DNA of 32,000 nucleotides from Erysipelotrichaceae bacterium (GTDB taxonomy: Bacteria > Bacillota_I > Bacilli_A > Erysipelotrichales > Erysipelotrichaceae). Below are positions 1-6,745 of the stretch, piece after piece. The notes below the pieces were generated by a model. It did no database searches. It was not told the DNA's origin and was given only the letters and a program-made list of their open reading frames with translations. Positions within the stretch are counted from its first letter, which is position 1, and each line of letters opens with the position of its first letter. Made by a program: the position numbers and the translations under genes. The DNA lies in the NCBI GenBank assembly GCA_963676105.1, contig OY781039.1, positions 120,001 through 152,000 on the forward strand, in the 5' to 3' direction.

Positions 1-1
1 A

Positions 2-1936
2 GGTTTAGGTATTCGATTAGAAGCAGAAGCGTCTGATTTAAATACATTTAAACGTCAGTTATTAGAAGCAGGTCTTCAACAGTCTGAATTTTCACGTGAA
101 GATCGTCAAACGGTTTTATTGGCTGAACTTTTAAAGAATCAACAACTGGACAAATTCATTGTTTATGCAAATCAGTTTGCGGTATCTGAAGCAACCATTT
201 CACATGATATTAATGCTTTAGAACCTATTTTAGAAAAATATAATTTATCTTTAATTCGTAAACCAGGTATGAATTTAAGTTTAGAAGGGGATGAAGAATC
301 TAAACGTAAAGCCATTCGTGATTTTATTTATAATCATTCTGAAGAAAGTAAATTTACGGCATTGCTCAATACGCAATCACCCTTTGATATAGAATCCTAC
401 TTTGAAAATCAAGGTCCTGATTCAATTCTTCAAATTTTAAATAAAGATGTTCTATGGGAAGTTATTCACGTTTTAAAAGAAAATGATTTCTTTTGGGTCA
501 ATCGTCTAGCACAAAATGCTTATGTGGGTTTGATTCTTCACTTAACAATTGCGATTGAGCGGATGTTTAATCATGACGGTATTCATATGGATGAAAATCT
601 ATTGCATAAGTTAAGACAAGACCCTATGTTTCAAAGAGCTAAGGATTTAAGTGAATATTTTGAGGATGAGTTTAACCTAAATTTTCCAGATGAAGAAATT
701 GCTTATATATCAATGCATTTAAAAGGAGCTCGTTTACTTCATGTTGGTGATGAACTTGAAGACATAGAGGATCCAGAATTATCTTTACCCGTCCTTCAAC
801 ATTTCATTATGCGGCTTATTTTTGATTTTGAAAGTCATTCGCAAACTGTGTTAAATCAAGATGATTTGCTTATCAATGGTTTATTAACTCATCTAAGACC
901 TGCACTTACACGTGTTAAATATAAGATGGAAATACGAAATCCATTAATGAATCAAATTAAACAACAGTATCCAGAAGTTTTTAAGATTGCCAAGGAAAGT
1001 GTAAAGAATTTAAAACATCCACAGTTTGATTTATTAAATGATGATGAAATTGCGTTTATCGCAATGCACTTTGGGGCAGCGCTTGAAAGACAAAAACAAA
1101 ATGAAAAACGCTCTACTTTAAAGGTAGCCGTTGTCTGTGCTTCAGGTATTGGGATTTCTTCCTTACTCGCATCGCGGTTAAAAAGTCATTTTAAAGAATA
1201 TGTACAAGTTGAAGCGAAGTCACAACTAGATAAGCAAGCACTTGAAAATGAACAGTTTGATTTCATAGTTTCGACGATGGAAGATGTACAAACAAAAGTA
1301 CCGCTTGTTCATGTGAATCCCTTATTATCAAACGAAGATATTGATAAAATACAAGCTTTAATTAATCAAATATCAGTTCATAAAATCATTGAAGAAAACG
1401 ATAGAACAGACGTATCATGGCATACAAAATTGAGTTTAATTGCCGAAATGACATCACAGATTGATGCCTTAATTAGTCATATAGATCTATATCGATTTGA
1501 TCATACATTAAGTCATTCTGATTTGATTAAAAGCATATCTGAAAAGATGAGTCCTTTATTAGATAAACAGAAACTGATTGCGCAAGATTTACAAAGACGA
1601 GAAGCCATCGGTGATGTGGTCTTAGATGAAGAAAAGATTGCGTTATTTCACGCTCGATCTTCATCTGTTGATCAAGCTAAAATGTGTGTCATTCGAGCCA
1701 AAGAAAAAGCGTTTACTGCCTTTAAAGAAGAAGGTATTAAAACCATTCTTGTCCTATTAGTTCCTGCGACTGCGGTTATGGAACTCAATCGTTGGATATC
1801 GCGCTTAAGCGCAGCCATGATTGAAGATGATGCTTATTTAGATGCATTACAAAATAAAACAAAAGATGAAATAAAAAACGAAGTTGTCAGAATATTGGAG
1901 GGTGCCTATAAAGAATGGATGCGAAAGCAAATATGA
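2..1936 (+). CDS. mtlR: Mannitol operon transcriptional activator MtlR (PRD-containing, BglG/MtlR family); 5' end cut by the window edge
   Basis: The frame is open from position 2, so the track start at 119 is an internal TTG. An HTH-like segment is followed by two PRD-like regions. An EIIB(Gat)-like motif (VAVVCASGIGISS) and an EIIA(Mtl)-like C-terminus (ALFHARS) are present. The gene sits directly upstream of mtlF and mtlD. Confidence 0.85.
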   Translation, partial: GLGIRLEAEASDLNTFKRQLLEAGLQQSEFSREDRQTVLLAELLKNQQLDKFIVYANQFAVSEATISHDINALEPILEKYNLSLIRKPGMNLSLEGDEESKRKAIRDFIYNHSEESKFTALLNTQSPFDIESYFENQGPDSILQILNKDVLWEVIHVLKENDFFWVNRLAQNAYVGLILHLTIAIERMFNHDGIHMDENLLHKLRQDPMFQRAKDLSEYFEDEFNLNFPDEEIAYISMHLKGARLLHVGDELEDIEDPELSLPVLQHFIMRLIFDFESHSQTVLNQDDLLINGLLTHLRPALTRVKYKMEIRNPLMNQIKQQYPEVFKIAKESVKNLKHPQFDLLNDDEIAFIAMHFGAALERQKQNEKRSTLKVAVVCASGIGISSLLASRLKSHFKEYVQVEAKSQLDKQALENEQFDFIVSTMEDVQTKVPLVHVNPLLSNEDIDKIQALINQISVHKIIEENDRTDVSWHTKLSLIAEMTSQIDALISHIDLYRFDHTLSHSDLIKSISEKMSPLLDKQKLIAQDLQRREAIGDVVLDEEKIALFHARSSSVDQAKMCVIRAKEKAFTAFKEEGIKTILVLLVPATAVMELNRWISRLSAAMIEDDAYLDALQNKTKDEIKNEVVRILEGAYKEWMRKQI

Positions 1937-2649
1937 AGAAAATGATTGTTTACGTAGTATGTGATGGCGGTATGGGCTCAAGTGCTCTTGGTGCAAGCTA
2001 TCTAAAGAAATATCTTAAGAATTCAACGATTGATGCAGATGTGGGTAATCGCTCAACCAGTGAAGACTTAAGTCAAGCAGATTTGATAGTAACCCATCAT
2101 CATTTTGAAGAAATGATACAACACAAATATCCCGATAAAAAAATATGGGGGATTAAAGATTTTGTAAATCGAGAGGAATTTAGAAAGGTTGTCGAAAAAA
2201 TGGAAAATCAAAACACAATATTATTAAAGTCAAACATTAAAGTAAATTGCGAAGTTTGTAGTAGTGATGAAGCAATTGAAAGAGCTGGAAGAGACTTAAT
2301 CAATAGTGGATATGTCGAAGAGAAATATCTTGAAGGGATGTATGAAAGAGATCATAGTCTTTCAGTGTTTATGGGCAATAAAATTGCATTACCACATGGT
2401 GAGTATGAATATAAGAAAAATATTTTAAAGAGTGGAATTGTGGTTCACATTTATCCAAAACCAATTGATTGGCATGGCAATGAAGTTAATATTGTTGTTG
2501 GTTTAGCAGGGATAGGTGAAGAACATGTTCAAATCTTAGCGAATGTTGCGGGAGCCCTTGGTGATATGGATGAAGTTGAAAAAGTCATTAGCGAACAAGA
2601 TGTTGAATATATTTACGAATTACTCACTGCCGAGGAGGATGAAGACTAA
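1915..2649 (+). CDS. mtlF: PTS mannitol-specific EIIB-EIIA fusion protein (MtlF-like with an extra N-terminal EIIB domain)
   Basis: The N-terminus (VVCDGGMGSSALGA ... DLIVTH) matches the EIIB(Mtl) phospho-Cys loop. The C-terminal half carries an EIIA type-2 signature (IALPHGEYEY ... VVGLAGIGEEH). GGAGG lies at 1897-1901. An alternative start at ATG 1933 overlaps the mtlR stop (ATGA). Confidence 0.8.
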   Translation: MDAKANMKKMIVYVVCDGGMGSSALGASYLKKYLKNSTIDADVGNRSTSEDLSQADLIVTHHHFEEMIQHKYPDKKIWGIKDFVNREEFRKVVEKMENQNTILLKSNIKVNCEVCSSDEAIERAGRDLINSGYVEEKYLEGMYERDHSLSVFMGNKIALPHGEYEYKKNILKSGIVVHIYPKPIDWHGNEVNIVVGLAGIGEEHVQILANVAGALGDMDEVEKVISEQDVEYIYELLTAEEDED

Positions 2650-3776
2650 TGAAAGCTGTACACTTCGGTGCTGGAAATATTGGTCGAGGTTTTATTGGTT
2701 TACTTTTAAGACAATCAAACTTTGAGCTAACATTTGCAGATGTTTCGGATGTTTTAATTGATGAACTCAAACGTCGTAATAGTTATAGTGTTGAAGAAAT
2801 GTCAGATGTTTCAAAAGTGATTGAAGTGAGTGGTGTAAATGCACTACATTCTGCAAAAGATTCAGATGAACTCTTTCAAACATTACTTGAAGCTGATTTA
2901 GTCACAACCGCTGTTGGACCAAATGTTTTACCAATCATTGCGAGAACACTATTACCTGTACTAAAGAAAAAAGCTGAAACAAATAATAAACATTTCTTAA
3001 ATATTGTTGCATGTGAAAATACGATTGGTGGTTCAGATCAAATTAAAGCGGCTTTATGGGATCAACTCTCAACTGAAGAACAAAGATTTATATCTGCTAC
3101 TGTTGGTTTTCCAAATTCAGCTGTCGATCGCATCGTCCCAAATCAAAAAAATGACGATGTGCTGTGGGTTAAAGTTGAACCATTTTATGAATGGGTTATT
3201 GATGAAACTGAAATTAAAGGAAAACTCGATATACAAGGTGCACATTTTGTATCTAATTTGGAAGCTTATATTGAGCGTAAACTCTTTACGGTTAATACAG
3301 GTCATGCATCATGCGCTTATGCTGCATATCAAAAAGGCTATCAAACAATTTTAGAAGCGATTAGCGATGAGAGTATTGAAACACATGTAAGAGCTGTTTT
3401 AAATGAAACGGGTGCTCTAATGGTTAAAAAACATGGTTTTGATGCGGATGAACATGCAGCTTATATAGACAAAACAGTTAAACGTTTTAAAAATCCAGCC
3501 ATTGTTGATGAAGTGGTTCGTGTCGCAAGATCACCACTTAGAAAACTATCCAGACAAGATCGGTTCATTCGTCCTTTGGTTGAATGTATTGAAAATAACT
3601 TGAGCACTGATGCTTTAGTGAAAGCAATCCATTCTGTTTTGGATTTCGACTATGCAGAAGATGCAGAAGCAATGCAAGTTCAAGCTTATAAAAAAGAATT
3701 AAGTCCTTCTGAATTCTATGAGAAAGTCTCAGGTTTAGACAAAGATTCAAAAGCCTCAAAATTATTATGTGATTAA
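2649..3776 (+). CDS. mtlD: Mannitol-1-phosphate 5-dehydrogenase
   Basis: The N-terminal Rossmann motif MKAVHFGAGNIGRGFIG and the length (375 aa) are typical of MtlD. The start overlaps the upstream stop (TAATG). Confidence 0.93.
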   Translation: MKAVHFGAGNIGRGFIGLLLRQSNFELTFADVSDVLIDELKRRNSYSVEEMSDVSKVIEVSGVNALHSAKDSDELFQTLLEADLVTTAVGPNVLPIIARTLLPVLKKKAETNNKHFLNIVACENTIGGSDQIKAALWDQLSTEEQRFISATVGFPNSAVDRIVPNQKNDDVLWVKVEPFYEWVIDETEIKGKLDIQGAHFVSNLEAYIERKLFTVNTGHASCAYAAYQKGYQTILEAISDESIETHVRAVLNETGALMVKKHGFDADEHAAYIDKTVKRFKNPAIVDEVVRVARSPLRKLSRQDRFIRPLVECIENNLSTDALVKAIHSVLDFDYAEDAEAMQVQAYKKELSPSEFYEKVSGLDKDSKASKLLCD

Positions 3777-3803
3777 AACTGTGATATCTATCACAGTTTT
3801 TTT
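3775..3803 (+). terminator. Hairpin plus T-run after mtlD, which also contains a perfect TGTGA-N6-TCACA box
   Basis: The sequence aaaactgtga-tatcta-tcacagtttt is followed by ttt, giving a T-run at 3797-3803. Confidence 0.6.
3780..3795. promoter_or_regulatory. CRP/FNR-family operator candidate (TGTGATATCTATCACA)
   Basis: This is a perfect 16-bp palindrome of the CRP-type consensus TGTGA-N6-TCACA. It lies 22 nt upstream of the Crp/Fnr-family gene start, and a sister site is at 4502-4517. Confidence 0.6.
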
Positions 3804-3816
3804 GTATACTTTAGAT

Positions 3817-4506
3817 ATGTTAGATAAAAATTTAAGTTGTCAGATGTGCCAAGCACCAATCTGTATATCACAAATACATCTCTTTAGACGTTTGACTCCC
3901 CAACAAAGCCAACTCATCGTTTCTTTGATTCAAAGATATTCTTATAAAAAAGGAGAAATTGTAATACATCAAGGTGATAAGTCAGATGCCTTTTCAATTG
4001 TGACCAGTGGACGTTTTAAAGCTTACACAGTTAATGAAGAAGGGAAGGCTCATTTGCTTTATACCTTTCAAACAGGACAATTCTTTGGTCAAGAAGCTTT
4101 ATTTGAAGCGCAAGAGATGACTTATACGGTTGAAGCGATGGAAGATTCAACGTTATGTAAATTATCCCTAGAGACACTTAAAAAGTTGATTTATGAATAT
4201 CCTGATTTAGGATTTAATCTATTAGCCGAAATGAATGATCGAATTCAAAGTTTAGAAAAAGAATTAACCACTCATAGCACTGAACTTTTAATTGATCGAC
4301 TACATAAATTCTTATGGGATATTGCGAAAGACTATGGTAAAGATAATGGAACTTATATATCAATTCACTTACCATATTCACAGGAAGATATGGCTATGCG
4401 TTTAGGAACATCGCGCGAAAGTATAAATAGAACTCTTAAAAGTTTAGAAAAACAACGTAAGTTGAAACTTGAAAAGCGAAAAGAAATATTATTATATAAA
4501 ATGTGA
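3817..4506 (+). CDS. Crp/Fnr-family transcriptional regulator with an FNR-like Cys cluster
   Basis: The protein has a cNMP-binding-like beta-roll (GEIVIHQGDKSDAFSIVTSGRFKAY) and a C-terminal HTH (QEDMAMRLGTSRESINRTLKSLE). Counting from ATG 3817, Cys8-x2-Cys11-x4-Cys16 plus Cys114 parallel the spacing in E. coli FNR. The track start at 3769 would run through the terminator/palindrome. Confidence 0.8.
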   Translation: MLDKNLSCQMCQAPICISQIHLFRRLTPQQSQLIVSLIQRYSYKKGEIVIHQGDKSDAFSIVTSGRFKAYTVNEEGKAHLLYTFQTGQFFGQEALFEAQEMTYTVEAMEDSTLCKLSLETLKKLIYEYPDLGFNLLAEMNDRIQSLEKELTTHSTELLIDRLHKFLWDIAKDYGKDNGTYISIHLPYSQEDMAMRLGTSRESINRTLKSLEKQRKLKLEKRKEILLYKM

Positions 4507-4517
4507 TGTATATCACA
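4502..4517. promoter_or_regulatory. Second CRP/FNR-family operator candidate (TGTGATGTATATCACA), embedded in a hairpin plus T-run (4498-4527)
   Basis: This is a perfect TGTGA-N6-TCACA that overlaps the stop of the Crp/Fnr gene and lies 53 nt upstream of the DUF438 gene start. The flanks (aaaa...tttt) resemble those of the site at 3780-3795. Confidence 0.6.
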
Positions 4518-4569
4518 TTTTATTTTTGGTTCACTTGGTAGTCTATATAAGATAAAAGGAGCAAGTGCT

Positions 4570-5727
4570 ATGAGTGAATTTATAAATAACGTATCAAGAG
4601 AAAGACAAAACAAACTAAAGTCATATATTTTTCGTTTACATAACGGGGAAGATAAAGATGCAGTAGAAGCTGAATTCAAAAAAGAATTTGCCTATGTAAC
4701 AGGAGCTGAGATTGCCCAAATGGAATATAACTTAGTTCAAGAAGGGGTAAGTGTTGAAGAGATTCAAAACTTGTGTGATGTGCATGCATCTCTTTTTCAA
4801 GGAAATGTTCAAGATCTACATTCTGACGAATTAACGGTTAACCCTTTAAGTGAATTTGAAGATGAAAATGCAGAGCTAGCAGACATTTTAGATGAGGCGA
4901 TGCTCATAAATGAAGCCCGTGAAGAAAAAGTACTTAGAGTTCAAATGTTGAGTTTTATTGACGAGTTAAATCGTTTAGATCAACATTATTCTAAAAAAGA
5001 AAACATCTTATTTCCATATTTAGAAAAATCAGGTGATTTTGTTATTTCAAAAGTAATGTGGGGGGTAGATAATAAAATTCGTAAAGCACTAAAGAATGCC
5101 CGTAAAAAAATCGAAGCAGAAAAGAATATAAAAGCTGAAGTTAAAGCGTTCAAAGAAGCTATTTCTCAAGCTCGCGACATGGTAACTAAAGAAAATCAAG
5201 TCTTATTCCCAATGCTTAGAGAAAAATTAAGTGTGGATCAATTTAAAGAAATTGCGATTAGTTTAGGTGATGAATCGCTTAGTGAATATAAAGAACAAAC
5301 TGTAGAAGAAAACATAAACCCTGATTTAGTAGCGCTCAGCATGGGAGCACTTAACACAAAAGAGATTAATGCGATCTTTAATACAGTACCTGTTGATATG
5401 ACATTTGTAGATGCAGATAATAAAGTTAAATGGGTTTCACAAGGTAAAGAAAGAATCTTTGATCGTCCATTCTCAGTTATTGGTCGTCCAGTGGATTTAT
5501 GTCACCCACCACAATCTGTTGATATCGTAATGAAGATTGTTGAAGATTTAAGATCTGGCAAGAAAGATCATGAAGATTTCTGGATTAATTTTAAAGGTCA
5601 ATTTGTCTATATTCGATACTTTGCGGTTAGAGATGAACTTGGAACTTTCTTAGGTACACTTGAAGTCAGCCAAGAAATTGGTGGCATTAGAAGCCTAGAA
5701 GGTGAAAAACGTCTAGCGAGTCTCTAA
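4570..5727 (+). CDS. DUF438 / hemerythrin-HHE / C-terminal PAS-domain protein
   Basis: The N-terminus (KLKSYIFRLHNGEDKDAVEAEFKKEF ... LCDVHASLF) is typical of DUF438. The middle is a helical HHE-type region. The C-terminus (VPVDMTFVDADNKVKWVSQGKERIFDRP ... LCHPP) is a PAS_10-like module. The RBS aaaggag lies at 4555-4561. Confidence 0.72.
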   Translation: MSEFINNVSRERQNKLKSYIFRLHNGEDKDAVEAEFKKEFAYVTGAEIAQMEYNLVQEGVSVEEIQNLCDVHASLFQGNVQDLHSDELTVNPLSEFEDENAELADILDEAMLINEAREEKVLRVQMLSFIDELNRLDQHYSKKENILFPYLEKSGDFVISKVMWGVDNKIRKALKNARKKIEAEKNIKAEVKAFKEAISQARDMVTKENQVLFPMLREKLSVDQFKEIAISLGDESLSEYKEQTVEENINPDLVALSMGALNTKEINAIFNTVPVDMTFVDADNKVKWVSQGKERIFDRPFSVIGRPVDLCHPPQSVDIVMKIVEDLRSGKKDHEDFWINFKGQFVYIRYFAVRDELGTFLGTLEVSQEIGGIRSLEGEKRLASL

Positions 5728-6098
5728 TGACGAAACGTCTTTATTTAGGCTTAGGGCACATTAGTTTTAGCTTAGCTATCTTAGGAATAGTTATGCCAGT
5801 GCTTCCAACGACTCCTTTTCTATTATTAAGCGCATCAGCCTATTTAAAGGGATCAGATAAGGCATATCAAAAACTAATGTCTCATCCTAGATTTGGCAAT
5901 ATGATAGAGGATTTTCTAATTAATAAAGCCATTGATAAAAAGACACTTATCAAAGCACTTAGTCTATTATGGTTAAGTATTGTAATCACAGTAATTATTA
6001 TTCAAAATCCAATTATTAAACTTGTAATTAGTTTGATTGCGATGATGGTTAGTGCTTATTTGTGTAGCTTATATTTGAAAAAAATAAATAATAAATAA
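5727..6098 (+). CDS. DUF454 (YbaN-like) small inner-membrane protein
   Basis: The motif GIVMPVLPTTPFLLLSASAYLKGSDKAYQKLMSHPRFG matches the YbaN/DUF454 family signature. Two to three TM segments are present. The start overlaps the upstream stop (TAATG). Confidence 0.7.
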   Translation: MTKRLYLGLGHISFSLAILGIVMPVLPTTPFLLLSASAYLKGSDKAYQKLMSHPRFGNMIEDFLINKAIDKKTLIKALSLLWLSIVITVIIIQNPIIKLVISLIAMMVSAYLCSLYLKKINNK

Positions 6099-6100
6099 TA

Positions 6101-6130
6101 GACACTGCCCCTAAAGCAGTCTCTTTTGTT
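6101..6130 (+). terminator. Hairpin (one mismatch) plus T-rich tail after the DUF454 gene
   Basis: The sequence is gacactgc-ccctaaa-gcagtctc followed by ttttgttt. Confidence 0.5.
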
Positions 6131-6139
6131 TATATGTTG

Positions 6140-6148
6140 TGCTATAAT
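6140..6148 (+). promoter_or_regulatory. Extended -10 promoter element (TGcTATAAT) for the TA operon
   Basis: The sequence tgctataat at 6140-6148 lies about 50 nt upstream of the antitoxin ATG. Confidence 0.5.
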
Positions 6149-6158
6149 ATGTACATAT

Positions 6159-6182
6159 ATTGTAAAGTAAATGCTTTACAAT
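6159..6182. promoter_or_regulatory. Perfect 9-bp inverted repeat, candidate TA-complex operator
   Basis: The sequence attgtaaag-taaatg-ctttacaat lies between the -10 element and the RBS (aggagg at 6189-6194) of the antitoxin gene. Confidence 0.5.
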
Positions 6183-6198
6183 AATAATAGGAGGTATC

Positions 6199-6453
6199 AT
6201 GTCGACAAAAGCAATTAATTTTAGAATAGATGAGAAATTGAAAACAGATGCTGAGAAAATATTTAGTGAAATGGGACTTACGATGAGTTCGGCATTAAAT
6301 CTCTTTCTTCAACAAACTGTTAATAAAAAAGCATTGCCTTTTCCAGTAGAAACGATAGATGCGTTCTATAAAAGAGAAAATCTTGATTTACTTTATGAAA
6401 GATTAGCCAAATATGAAAAGGGTGTGTTTGAGGAAAAGGATTTAATTGATTGA
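6199..6453 (+). CDS. RelB/DinJ-family antitoxin
   Basis: The N-terminal ribbon-helix-helix-type sequence (AINFRIDEKLKTDAEKIFSEMGLTMSSALNLFLQQTV) is typical of DinJ/RelB. The gene overlaps the toxin gene by 4 nt. Confidence 0.8.
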   Translation: MSTKAINFRIDEKLKTDAEKIFSEMGLTMSSALNLFLQQTVNKKALPFPVETIDAFYKRENLDLLYERLAKYEKGVFEEKDLID

Positions 6454-6713
6454 AATTAATCTGGCTAGATGGAGTGTGGGATGAATACATCATTTGGCAA
6501 GCAAAAGATAAAGTAGTATTTAAAAAAATAAATGAGTTAATTAAGAATATTGATCGAAATGGATATCAATGTATTGGTAAACCAGAGAAATTAAAAGGCC
6601 AGTTAACCTCTTGGTGGAGTGTTAGATTTACTAAGAAGGATCGTTTGATTTTTAGAATTAAAAATGATTCAATTGAAATACTACAGATTGGTACACATTA
6701 TGGAGAAAAATAG
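6450..6713 (+). CDS. yoeB: YoeB/Txe-family mRNA interferase toxin
   Basis: MKLIW...WDEYIIWQAKDK...KKINELIKNI...GKPEKLKG...WSVRFTKKDRLIFRI...GTHY closely follows the YoeB pattern, including the C-terminal His-Tyr. The start is TTG, overlapping the antitoxin stop. Confidence 0.88.
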   Translation: MKLIWLDGVWDEYIIWQAKDKVVFKKINELIKNIDRNGYQCIGKPEKLKGQLTSWWSVRFTKKDRLIFRIKNDSIEILQIGTHYGEK

Positions 6714-6745
6714 ACACTGCATTAAGGGCAGTGTCTATTCTTTTT
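6711..6745. terminator. Bidirectional hairpin terminator between yoeB (+) and the PBP gene (-)
   Basis: The sequence is tagacactgc-attaagg-gcagtgtcta, with perfect 10-bp arms. It has aaaaa upstream and ttcttttt downstream. Confidence 0.7.

Noticed and set aside
3769-3816. The track start at 3769 for the Crp/Fnr gene, and similar 5' extensions at 119, 9283, 12141, 15463, 17789, 20666, 20660 and 20930.
   Set aside because: The extensions start at non-ATG codons. They run through terminators or palindromes, or place the RBS directly against or inside the start. In each case a downstream ATG has proper RBS or promoter spacing and fits the family N-terminus better.
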